From: a bacterium
Lineage (GTDB): Bacteria > Krumholzibacteriota > Krumholzibacteriia > LZORAL124-64-63
Assembly (NCBI GenBank): GCA_031441465.1
Contig: JANOEP010000016.1
Span: 64,001-128,000 of the forward strand
Reading direction: 5' to 3'
DNA length: 64,000 nucleotides
Both the position numbers and the translations under genes were made by a program. The stretch's first letter is position 1; each line of letters starts with the position of its first letter. Of the stretch, positions 28,390 to 37,189 are shown in pieces. The notes below the pieces were generated by a model that did no database searches, had not been told where the DNA came from, and saw only the letters and a list, made by a program, of their open reading frames with translations.

Positions 28390-29883
28390 ATGAGGACGCG
28401 TTGCTTGGCGGCATGGTGCGCGCTGGTCTGTGCGGCCGGTACGGCCGGAGCCGGCTGGATCGTGGAGGAGATCGGCGGCAACGAGACCGACGCCGACCGG
28501 CCGACGCTGGCGATCTCGCCCGGCGGCGCGGCGGTGGTCGCCTGGGAAGAGGAGGCGGGCGGCGTCTGGACGCTCTTCGTCGACGCCTACGCCGGCGATG
28601 GGATCATCGAGTACCCGACCGAGTGCCAGGGGAGCGGTCACGACCCCGTCGCGGCCTGGACCTGGCGCGGGTTCCTGCTGGTCTGGATCGACGGCCAGAA
28701 CATCCAGTACCGCTACGGCGACAACTTCGGCTGGGGCGACTCGCCGCAGACGATCCCCACAGGGCTCGACCTCACCCACGTGAAGCTCGACCTGCAGGGC
28801 TGCGCAGAGCCGGGCTGGGACGTTGGCTGGTTGGCCTACACCGTGCAGGTGGGCATCGTCGGGCAGGAAGGCTCCTACGGGCAGGACTGGTTCGTGCGCG
28901 TGCACAAGGGCGGCCACGACGCGCCGGAGACGGTGGCGACCTGCGAGAACGAGTGGGGACCCGCTCAGATCGCGTCGTACCCCTCGCAGGATCCGCACGC
29001 GCTGCAGCCTTTGCCGCGGTACTACTACATCCCCGAGTTCGCCCGGATCGCCCAGCTCACCGGCCAGCAGGAGGGCGGCTGGGAACCGGCCGCACTTCTG
29101 CCGCACCAGTGGTACGGCACGATCTTCGACGTGCGCGGCCGCGACAACGGCAGCCAGTGCCTGCTCGCATTGGAGCCGCAGCCCTGGTGTCCCTGCAACC
29201 AGGTTCAGTTCAACGAGCAGGACGCGCAGGGCGTCTGGTCGGACGCGACCGTCATCATGCCGTCGCACGACTTCAACGACTGGCCGCATTCGCCGCGGGT
29301 CGCCTGGGGCGCCGGCGACGAGGTCCACGCCTTCTGGGTCCAGACGACCAGCAACCACGAGATGGTGCCCGGCCGGACCCACCTCGAGTACCACCGGCGC
29401 GTCGGCGGCGTGTGGCAGGACGAGAGCGAGGTTTTCGAAGCCTACGAGCGCCGCAGCCTGGGCCTGCACGTCGCGATGGACGTGACGGCGTCGGGCGACC
29501 CGCTGTTCGCCTGGACGCGCCTGGACACGCTGATCTCGGGACCGCAGCCGCGGCGGGTGTGGCTGGCGCGGCCGCAGTCGACGGTGGCCGCCCCGGCGCT
29601 CGACGGGGGTGGACTGGCGCTGACCGCGTGGCCCAACCCCGGTCGATCGCGCATCGCGTTCGCGGGAACGGCGCCGGCCGGCAGCGACGCCGTGCTCGCG
29701 GTCTACGACCTCGCGGGACGGCGGGTGGCGTCGCCCCCGCTGTCGGCCGACGGTCCCGGCCGATTCGCCGCGATGTGGGACGGGCGCGACGCCGCCGGGC
29801 GGGAGGTGCCGGCAGGGATGTACCTGATGCGCTTGACGGCGACGGGCGGGACGGTCGCGCGGCGGGTGGTGCTGGCGCGATGA
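28390..29883 (+). CDS. Secreted protein (possible beta-propeller) with C-terminal FlgD-Ig domain
   Basis: AGGAGG RBS, signal peptide, repeated VAW/AFW/FAW strands, AWPNP...WDGRD...GMYLMRL tail. Confidence 0.75.
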   Translation: MRTRCLAAWCALVCAAGTAGAGWIVEEIGGNETDADRPTLAISPGGAAVVAWEEEAGGVWTLFVDAYAGDGIIEYPTECQGSGHDPVAAWTWRGFLLVWIDGQNIQYRYGDNFGWGDSPQTIPTGLDLTHVKLDLQGCAEPGWDVGWLAYTVQVGIVGQEGSYGQDWFVRVHKGGHDAPETVATCENEWGPAQIASYPSQDPHALQPLPRYYYIPEFARIAQLTGQQEGGWEPAALLPHQWYGTIFDVRGRDNGSQCLLALEPQPWCPCNQVQFNEQDAQGVWSDATVIMPSHDFNDWPHSPRVAWGAGDEVHAFWVQTTSNHEMVPGRTHLEYHRRVGGVWQDESEVFEAYERRSLGLHVAMDVTASGDPLFAWTRLDTLISGPQPRRVWLARPQSTVAAPALDGGGLALTAWPNPGRSRIAFAGTAPAGSDAVLAVYDLAGRRVASPPLSADGPGRFAAMWDGRDAAGREVPAGMYLMRLTATGGTVARRVVLAR

Positions 29884-30827
29884 GCCCGGCCCTGCCGCGG
29901 TGCCTGCTCGCGGCGCTGGCTCTGGCTGCCGGCGTCGCGGGTTGTTCGTCCGGCGACAAGGTGGATGCCGACTTCGACACGCGCGTGGCGCGGCCCGCGT
30001 ACGAAGTCGACGGCCCCCTGACGCTGTTCGACGAGGCCCATCACAACTGGCACCGCGCTCGCAAGAGCTACCGCCCGTTCGTCGAACTCATCGAGGCCGA
30101 CGGCTATCGCGTCGAGCGGAACACCCGAAAGATCACCGCCGATGCGCTCGCCCCGGCGGCGGTGCTGGTCGTGGTCAATGCGGTCGGCGCGAACGACCGC
30201 AACGACGATCCCGCCTTCGCTGACGAGGAATGCGACGCCATCCAGTCCTGGGTCCGCGCCGGCGGGGCCCTGCTGCTGGTGACCGACCACTACCCGACCG
30301 GTCACGCCGCCGAGCGCTTGGCGGGCCGCTTCGGCGTGCAGCTCAGCAAGGGACAGGTCGGGGACCCGATCCACTTCGATCCTGCGTACGAACCGACCCA
30401 TCTGGTCTTCTCGCAGGAGAACGCCGGGCTCGCCGCGCACCCGATCGTCGAGGGCAGGGACGCCGCGGAAAGGATCGGCCGCGTCCTGACCTTCACCGGC
30501 GAGGCGGTCCACGCCGACCCGCCCGCGGTCGGGTTCCTGCGCCTGTCGCCCGACGCGGTGGCCCGCCCGCCGCAGGCGACCGTGGAGAAGCGGGGCGGCG
30601 ACGTGATCGTCAGCGTCACGTACGGGGACCCCGCCGCGGTCCCGGGGTGGTCGCAGGGACTGGCGCTCGCCTACGGGAACGGCCGCGTCGTCGTGCTCGG
30701 GGAGGCCGCCATGCTCTCGGCGCAGTTCAGCGGCTACGACGGCCGGCCGATCGGCATGAACGTCCCGGGTTACGACAACCGTCAGCTCGCGCTGAACATC
30801 ATGCACTGGCTGACGAAGATGATTTGA
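29880..30827 (+). CDS. Lipoprotein with class I glutamine-amidotransferase-like (DUF4350-like) domain
   Basis: Lipobox VAGC; LFDEAHHN, WVRAGGALLLVTDH, GNGRVVVLGE, NRQLALNIMHWL. Confidence 0.7.
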   Translation: MSPALPRCLLAALALAAGVAGCSSGDKVDADFDTRVARPAYEVDGPLTLFDEAHHNWHRARKSYRPFVELIEADGYRVERNTRKITADALAPAAVLVVVNAVGANDRNDDPAFADEECDAIQSWVRAGGALLLVTDHYPTGHAAERLAGRFGVQLSKGQVGDPIHFDPAYEPTHLVFSQENAGLAAHPIVEGRDAAERIGRVLTFTGEAVHADPPAVGFLRLSPDAVARPPQATVEKRGGDVIVSVTYGDPAAVPGWSQGLALAYGNGRVVVLGEAAMLSAQFSGYDGRPIGMNVPGYDNRQLALNIMHWLTKMI

Positions 30828-30944
30828 TGGCCTCCCGCACCATGGCCGGCCGTCGTCGCGGCGCCGAGCAATAATCGGACTAATATGGTATACTATCCCC
30901 TCGCATCTTCACCCATGCTTTCCACCTGCACCAGGGGGTCATCC

Positions 30945-31685
30945 ATGTCAGTTCGCTCAAAGATCCGGGGGACGGGGCTCCTCGTCGCGCTCGGGCTCTT
31001 GGCCTTTTCCGCGGCGGCCCACGCCGAGTGCTGCATCGTCGCGGACAACGGGTTCGGCACGGCGACGCTGCCGCCGATCACCACCGGGGCGACCTGCGTC
31101 TACCTGGGCACGTCGGAGATCACGTCGGGGCTGCCCGCAGGGACGACCATCCAGATCGTGACGACCATCGGCTTCTTCATCAACCAGATCGAGTACGCCG
31201 GCGGCGGGCTCGGCGGCACGGTCAGCGAGTGGGACGGACTCTGCGAGATGCAGATGACCGGCACCGGCACGCTGGCGAGTTTCAGCCACACCGTCCAGAT
31301 CCCGCTGAGCGGCACCCAGAACAACATGATGGAGTGGGGCCCGCGGACCGCCTACGCGCCGGTCCAGTCGGCGCCGGCTGACGTCTACCGCCTCTTCGGC
31401 GTGACGTTCAGTCACCCGCAGTTCGACCTGCTGCGCGTCGTCGGCGGCAACGACTTCGGCTTGCCGTCGCCGGGGCAGATCCAGCTCGTGCAGTCGGGGG
31501 GCGGCTGGGCGGTGGCCGGCTACTTTGACCTGGCCCACCGCATCGACTTCGTCGGCTCGCCCTCCGGCTCGCTGTCGGGCTACTCGGGCAGCACGACCAT
31601 CCAGCGGCGGTTCGAGATCTGCCCGCAGACCGTGGCGGACGAGGACATGTCGTGGTCGGGCGTGAAGGCGATGTACGGCAACTGA
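30945..31685 (+). CDS. Secreted protein of unknown function with C-terminal SWSGVKAMY tail
   Basis: Signal peptide (AHA), Gly/Thr-rich beta domain, ends TVADEDMSWSGVKAMYGN; TGG-TATACT -10 box upstream. Confidence 0.75.
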   Translation: MSVRSKIRGTGLLVALGLLAFSAAAHAECCIVADNGFGTATLPPITTGATCVYLGTSEITSGLPAGTTIQIVTTIGFFINQIEYAGGGLGGTVSEWDGLCEMQMTGTGTLASFSHTVQIPLSGTQNNMMEWGPRTAYAPVQSAPADVYRLFGVTFSHPQFDLLRVVGGNDFGLPSPGQIQLVQSGGGWAVAGYFDLAHRIDFVGSPSGSLSGYSGSTTIQRRFEICPQTVADEDMSWSGVKAMYGN

Positions 31686-31749
31686 ATCTGCAGATCGGCA
31701 AAGGGCGCGGCATACGGCATCGTCCAGTGACAACGAAGAAGGAGTTTCC

Positions 31750-32139
31750 ATGACCGACAATCTCGCCCTGATCCGCAGCGGCTACGAGGCCTTCTCCCGT
31801 GGGGACGTGCCGGCGGTGCTCGGCCTGCTGGCGTCCGACGTGAGCTGGACCGAAGCCGAAGGCTTCCCCTACGGAGGCACCTACGTGGGCCCGGAGGCTG
31901 TGCTCCAGGGAGTGTTCATGAAGCTAGGCACCGAGTGGGTCGGCTACGCGGCGGTACCGAGCGAGTTCGTGGCCGACGGCGACACCGTCGTCGCGCTGGG
32001 CACGTACAGCGGCAAGTACAAGGCCACCGGCAAGAGCTTCGCGGCGCCGTTCGCCCACGTGTGGGAGTTCCGCGACGGGAAGGTCGTAAAGTTCCGCCAG
32101 TACACCGACACTGTGGTGGTCCGGGCCGCACTGACGTAG
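31750..32139 (+). CDS. SnoaL/NTF2-like (ketosteroid isomerase-like) protein
   Basis: AAGGAG RBS; YEAFSRGD, WTEAEGFPYGGTYVG, HVWEFRDGKV, QYTDT. Confidence 0.85.
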   Translation: MTDNLALIRSGYEAFSRGDVPAVLGLLASDVSWTEAEGFPYGGTYVGPEAVLQGVFMKLGTEWVGYAAVPSEFVADGDTVVALGTYSGKYKATGKSFAAPFAHVWEFRDGKVVKFRQYTDTVVVRAALT

Positions 32140-32416
32140 AGCCGGACGGCAAGGACACCGGGATGCGGACCATGTGGCAGGGGGCGACCGGCTCCCTGCC
32201 GTTGTTCATGCTCTTCAGGCTTGATGACCGCGCACCGCCGCTCCCGTCACAAATGGCATTGAGTCGCCGCGCCGCGCGGGATATCCTGCGGCGATCAACG
32301 CCCATCGCGACCGATATCCGCCATGCCGTCAGCGCTGGGGCTGCGAGCATGCGCGAGATGTCGTGGGCGTGGGAGGTCGCGATGCTCGTCCACATCGCAC
32401 ACACCAGGGAGGCGCC

Positions 32417-33277
32417 ATGCGCTGGCAGGGACGTCGCGGCAGCGGGAACGTGGTGGATCGCCGGGGTGTCGGCGGGCGGATGATGGTCGGCGGCGGGCTC
32501 GGCGGCGTCGGCATCATCGTCGTGATCGTGTACCTGCTGCTGGGGGGCGACCCTAGCGCGCTGCTGGAACAGACATCGACGGGGACGGACGGCTACACCG
32601 AGAAGGGGCAAGCCGGCGTACCCGTGGACGCTTCTTCGGACGAGGGGGCGCGGTTCGTGTCGGTGGTCCTGGCGGACACCGAGGACGTCTGGCGGGAGTT
32701 GTTCTCGCAGATGGGGCGCACGTACGAGGAACCGCGGCTGGTGTTGTTCAGCGACGCGGTGGATTCGCGCTGCGGCTACGCCGGGGCGGCGGTGGGGCCG
32801 TTCTACTGCCCGGCCGACCGGACCATCTACATCGACCTGGGCTTTTACGAGTTGCTGCGGCGGCGCTTCGGTGCGGCTGGGGACTTCGCCCAGGCCTACG
32901 TGATCGCGCACGAGGTGGGGCACCACGTGCAGAACCTGCTGGGGATCTCCGATCAGGCCGACGCGCAGCGGGGTCAGGCGGACGAGCGGGAGATGAACGC
33001 GCTGTCGGTGAAGCTGGAACTGCAGGCGGATTTCCTGGCGGGGGTCTGGGCGCACCATGCGGAACAGCGCTTCGCGATCCTTGAGCCCGGCGATATCGAA
33101 GAGGCTTTGACGGCCGCCAATGCGATCGGGGACGACAACATCCAGAAGCAGACGCAGGGGCGGGTGGTGCCGGACAGCTTCACGCATGGGAGCGGGGAGC
33201 AGCGGGTGCACTGGTTCAGGTTGGGGTTCGAGACGGGGGATCTGGGGCGGGGGGACACGTTCGTGGAAGATCTCTAG
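32417..33277 (+). CDS. ypfJ: Neutral zinc metallopeptidase, YpfJ family
   Basis: MRWQGRRGSGNVVDRR, GPFYCPAD, AHEVGHHVQ, ELQADFLAG, PDSFTHGS. Confidence 0.85.
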   Translation: MRWQGRRGSGNVVDRRGVGGRMMVGGGLGGVGIIVVIVYLLLGGDPSALLEQTSTGTDGYTEKGQAGVPVDASSDEGARFVSVVLADTEDVWRELFSQMGRTYEEPRLVLFSDAVDSRCGYAGAAVGPFYCPADRTIYIDLGFYELLRRRFGAAGDFAQAYVIAHEVGHHVQNLLGISDQADAQRGQADEREMNALSVKLELQADFLAGVWAHHAEQRFAILEPGDIEEALTAANAIGDDNIQKQTQGRVVPDSFTHGSGEQRVHWFRLGFETGDLGRGDTFVEDL

Positions 33278-33343
33278 TCCGGTCGAGCGGCGGGAACGTC
33301 ACCGGTCGGCGTATTCTATCTGGATCAAGAGAGGATGTGGATC

Positions 33344-33472
33344 ATGAGTAAACTTCTGCGCGGGGTGGCTGCCGGCTGGGGTGCCAAGAAACTCGGCGGC
33401 GGCTGCTTCGGCACCGTCGTCGTCTTCCTGGTGCTCTGGTGGCTGTTGGGGAATTTCGACATCTTCAAATAG
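33344..33472 (+). CDS. 42-aa single-pass membrane small protein (below ORF-track cutoff)
   Basis: GAGGA RBS; MSKLLRGVAAGWGAKKLGGGCFGTVVVFLVLWWLLGNFDIFK, TAG at 33470-33472; host-like codon usage. Confidence 0.65.
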   Translation: MSKLLRGVAAGWGAKKLGGGCFGTVVVFLVLWWLLGNFDIFK

Positions 33473-33614
33473 TTCACTGGCCTCAATCCAACCCGACTCT
33501 TCGTTCTGGGATTGCTGGTGCTTGCCTCGTTCTCGGTCAACGCCTCTGAATTGTGCCGGGTGTTCGGGGCGTCGGGGTCGCGATGACATCGGCACGCCAA
33601 TCGTCGGGAGACGT

Positions 33615-34028
33615 ATGAACGGCATTTCCAGAGTCCATTTCATCCTCTACATCCGCGACCAGGAAGCCAGCCGAATCTTCTACGAGAGCGTGCTGGGCGG
33701 GCCGCCGACGCTGCACGTGACCGGGATGACGGAGTTCGAGGTCGCGCCGGGGGTAATCCTCGGTCTCATGCCCGAGCGCGGGATCACCAGGCTGCTGAAT
33801 CTGGAGGCGGCGAAGAAGCCTGGCAGTGAGATCCGCGGGGAGGTGTACCTGGTCGTGGGGTCTCCTGGTTCGTATCACCGGCGTGCGCTGGCTGCCGGCG
33901 CGAAGGAACTGAGCGCCTTGGCGCCGCGCGACTGGGGGGCCCGGGTTGCTTACAGTCTGGATGCCGACGGGTATGTGTTGGCGTTTGCGGAGCCGATGGT
34001 GGAGGGTGCGGATGATCTTGCGAATTGA
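33615..34028 (+). CDS. VOC/glyoxalase-family protein
   Basis: ILYIRDQEASRIFY, PRDWGARVAYSLDADGYVLAFA. Confidence 0.8.
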   Translation: MNGISRVHFILYIRDQEASRIFYESVLGGPPTLHVTGMTEFEVAPGVILGLMPERGITRLLNLEAAKKPGSEIRGEVYLVVGSPGSYHRRALAAGAKELSALAPRDWGARVAYSLDADGYVLAFAEPMVEGADDLAN

Positions 34029-34194
34029 GCACGGGTCGTGGCATGATGACAAAGGTCGGGATCGGGAAGGAAGGTCCGCCAGGCTCCTGACCAGATGGGC
34101 GTGAGGGAAGAGGACGGACAGCATCATGGACGGTCACCAATCCGCGGATATCAGTCTGATCGCTCGTCGACCAAACTGCTTCCCTCCGATCAGC

Positions 34195-34225
34195 AGAAAG
34201 GCCCCGGTCGTTGCCGGCCGGGGCC
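34195..34225 (-). terminator. Terminator of GH16 gene
   Basis: GC stem with GCAA tetraloop on the minus strand, followed by TTTCT. Confidence 0.65.
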
Positions 34226-34264
34226 CAGGGACAGGCACGTTCTCAGTTGACTAGCCGCTCCATA

Positions 34265-36061
34265 TCATTTCACAAGTATCATCTGCCGAGTCGCCGAATC
34301 AGAACCTGCTTGGAGGCGGTAGTAGTAGACGCCCGACCCCAAGTTGGCGCCCCTGTCGTTGCGGCCGTCCCAGAGCAGCGAGTTGCCTCCGGCGGAGCCC
34401 ACTCCGCCGAAGCCGGCCACCCTGCGCCCGGTGACGTCGTAGATCTCCAGTTCATAAATGCCCGCAGAGGGCAGGTCGAAGCGGATCTCCGTCCGGGCGT
34501 TGAAGGGATTCGGCGTGTTGGCATGGAGATCCAACCGGCGCCCAGAGGCAACGCCATCATCGACGGCGCCGGTGCTGCCGCCTCCGTCCCAGTAGATGTC
34601 GTCCAGGGCGAACGTGCAAGCCGTGCCATTCTCCTCGAGGATGACGAACTCGTAACTCAGCATGCGCAGGTCGATGGCCGTTCCCCTCAGGTCGCTGACA
34701 GGGATCGAGGCCTGTCCCCAACCGCCGTTCCGCACCAGTCCGTATTTCGTCTGGTACGCCGGGAATTGGACGTAGTGCTGGTTGCCCCAGGTATCGATGA
34801 TCCCGATCTTGAAGGTGACGTTCGCGGGAATATTGATCCGGAACTTCAGGTGCCCGTCGCCGAAACCGAACAGGTTCACCGGCTGCATGGACATGATGCC
34901 GGCTCCGAACCAGCCGCTGCCCGCGGTCTGCCAGGAGAGGACGTTGTCGCCCTCGTAAGGGGCGATGGAGCCGTTGGTCAGTGTGCCCTCCCATACGTAG
35001 ATCTCCGCGGACACATCCGGCACCAGACCGTCATCGGTGGGCGTTTCGTCGGTATAGATCCCGAACGTCCCGATTTCCTGGAGCGGTGGTCCCAGGCTGA
35101 CTTCACCCTGGCCGTTCCATTGGTACAGCCGGATGTAATCAACGTACATTTCGGCCGGGAGCGGCATCGAGACCGGAGCGCCGCTGCCGGGGTTGCCGAG
35201 TTGGTACGCATCGGTGAAGGCCCCGCCGATGGCCAGATTCGCGATCAGGTAGAAGGGCGCCTGGAATTCGGCGGAGGCGCTGTCGATGGTGAACGGGGAC
35301 GTGTACAGGTCGTGTTCCACGCCGCCATCGACGACGGTCATGCGCAGGCTGTTATCGTCCCAGTACAACCGGTAGATCAGGAAGCGCTCGACGAGCGGAT
35401 TCGCATAGCTGTAGTACGGGCGGCAGAAATCGTCGTCCGGGTCCCAGGACAGGCTGGCCGCCCCCGAAGGATTCTGGGGCGTGACGGCAGCGGCCGAGTA
35501 GTAGACGGCGTTGGCCGCCACCGACTGATTGACCGTGGAATTGTTCAGTCCGTTGCCGCCGTTGTGCGTGTCGTGCAGATCCCTGTAGGCTTGCTTGGCG
35601 CCCATCTCCGTCATGTCGATCTCGCCGCAACGGGGCCAGGCGTAGTTGGCGGATCCCAGCAGCCAGACCGCGGGCCAGCCGCCCAGATCGATGTCCGGGA
35701 TGCGCACCCTGCACTCGATCATGCCGTACTTGACGGTCACGAACGACTTGCTGACGACCTTTCCCGACGTGTAGGCCAGAGGATTGCCCCACTGATCGAC
35801 GATGCCGGGTCCGCTCTCCTGCCTGGCCGTGATGCGCAGGGCCGTGTTCCCGGCTTCCCCGGGAATCGGCGCGATCCCGACATTCTCCTGCTTGTAGAAT
35901 TCCAGCTCGCCGTTGCCCCAGCCCCAATAGCCGTTCCCGGTGATGGTGAGCCAGTTGTCCAGGTCGTCGAAATTCTCTTCCCAGATCAGGTCGCCGACCT
36001 GGGCCAGAGCGGGGTTGCAGACGAAGAACAGGATCGCCAGCGGCAGGTGGATCTTCTTCAC
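34265..36061 (-). CDS. Secreted GH16 beta-glucanase with CBM-like module and C-terminal FlgD-Ig domain
   Basis: GTG after GGAG; signal peptide; LIWEENF, GWGNGELEFY, WPAVWLLG, GEIDMTE, YVDYIRLY; NTPNPFN...WDG tail. Confidence 0.85.
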   Translation of the reverse strand: MKKIHLPLAILFFVCNPALAQVGDLIWEENFDDLDNWLTITGNGYWGWGNGELEFYKQENVGIAPIPGEAGNTALRITARQESGPGIVDQWGNPLAYTSGKVVSKSFVTVKYGMIECRVRIPDIDLGGWPAVWLLGSANYAWPRCGEIDMTEMGAKQAYRDLHDTHNGGNGLNNSTVNQSVAANAVYYSAAAVTPQNPSGAASLSWDPDDDFCRPYYSYANPLVERFLIYRLYWDDNSLRMTVVDGGVEHDLYTSPFTIDSASAEFQAPFYLIANLAIGGAFTDAYQLGNPGSGAPVSMPLPAEMYVDYIRLYQWNGQGEVSLGPPLQEIGTFGIYTDETPTDDGLVPDVSAEIYVWEGTLTNGSIAPYEGDNVLSWQTAGSGWFGAGIMSMQPVNLFGFGDGHLKFRINIPANVTFKIGIIDTWGNQHYVQFPAYQTKYGLVRNGGWGQASIPVSDLRGTAIDLRMLSYEFVILEENGTACTFALDDIYWDGGGSTGAVDDGVASGRRLDLHANTPNPFNARTEIRFDLPSAGIYELEIYDVTGRRVAGFGGVGSAGGNSLLWDGRNDRGANLGSGVYYYRLQAGSDSATRQMILVK

Positions 36062-36159
36062 GGCGTTTCTCCCAATTCCATTGCGGACTGAAGAATGCGG
36101 GATCGCGGTCCTTGCGGGTCGTCCCAAGCGGTTCCGTACGGACCTCGTCGCTAGTCGGA

Positions 36160-36189
36160 GTCTACACTTTGTACGGTCTCAGAACAATG
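36160..36189 (-). promoter_or_regulatory. Operator copy E overlapping promoter of GH16
   Basis: CTTTGTACGGTCTCAGAACAATG (36167-36189); minus strand TTGTTC...TG-TAGACT. Confidence 0.75.
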
Positions 36190-36366
36190 AGGGAGTTTTC
36201 GCAATCTTGGGAGCCAACCCCACGAGGTGATCACCTAGACCGATCACGAGGCGTCGGGGGTCACAAATCCTAATTGGTGAACCTAACGGTCCGCACATTG
36301 GACTTAATTGTAATAATGACATACATTTATAATTTTATGGCAATCATCGGCAGGAATGAAGAAAGT

Positions 36367-36397
36367 GATTGTTCGGTAACCGAACATAGTGTAGGAT
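36367..36397 (+). promoter_or_regulatory. Operator copy F overlapping promoter
   Basis: GATTGTTCGGTAACCGAACATAG (36367-36389) followed by TG-TAGGAT. Confidence 0.8.
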
Positions 36398-36541
36398 GGT
36401 CCCGAGTCGGTCAAGTCGCCTCGTTCCAATTCGTCTTGTCCACGATGGGCATCGCATCATGGGCCGAACCGAGAGCGACATGGCGCAGGACTCGAGGATC
36501 TTCGTGTGATGGGAAAACGGATCGTTGAAAGGAGAATCGTC

Positions 36542-37171
36542 ATGAAATTTGTGAAATCCATCCTGGTGACCGGCGGCATCCTGGCGGTGCTGGCACTTCC
36601 CCTCGTTGGTGGAGTGAGCGTTGCATTGGCTGAAAACCTCCTGTCGAATCCCGGTTTTGAATCCGGCGACTTGACGGGGTGGCTGGTGTTCGGGGAGAGC
36701 CCCGACTCCCACATCGTCGTCCAGACCGGCGACAATGGCCCGTCGGCGCCCGGGACGCACAATGCGTACCTGAGCAATCAGGGAGAGGCTCTGGCTCTGG
36801 TCCTCAAGCAGTCGACTCCGGCCGGCAGTGCGATTCCGGGGACGGTCCTCTACTCGTTCGACCTGAAGCTGGACCAGGCCGACGTCGGCGGCGTGCTCTT
36901 CGTCAACATCTTCGCCGAGCAGGCTGGCGGCGGCGTCATCGGCGGCTCCGGCCTGATGGGTCCCTTCTGGCCGTGGAACGCGTGGGCCTCTTACAACGGC
37001 TCGTTCCAGGCTCCGGCCAACACGAGCTTCCTGACGATCCAGATTGAAGCAGTCACCGGCGCGAACTCCAGCAGCAGCTGCCTGACCCACGTGGACAACG
37101 TGGTCCTGGACCAGGGAACGGTGGCCGCGGAGGAAATGAGCTGGAGCGGCATCAAGACCCTGTATCGCTGA
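36542..37171 (+). CDS. Secreted CBM-like protein with C-terminal SWSGIKTLY tail
   Basis: AAGGAG RBS, signal peptide, ENLLSNPGFESG...VDNVVL jelly-roll pattern, ends GTVAAEEMSWSGIKTLYR. Confidence 0.8.
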   Translation: MKFVKSILVTGGILAVLALPLVGGVSVALAENLLSNPGFESGDLTGWLVFGESPDSHIVVQTGDNGPSAPGTHNAYLSNQGEALALVLKQSTPAGSAIPGTVLYSFDLKLDQADVGGVLFVNIFAEQAGGGVIGGSGLMGPFWPWNAWASYNGSFQAPANTSFLTIQIEAVTGANSSSSCLTHVDNVVLDQGTVAAEEMSWSGIKTLYR

Positions 37172-37189
37172 TTTGGAGTGACCCGTGTC

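Noticed and set aside
30945..34028. Run of short co-oriented genes resembling an integron cassette array
   Set aside because: No paired RYYYAAC/GTTRRRY attC structures and no integrase; a lone ATCCAAC near 33486 has no matching partner.
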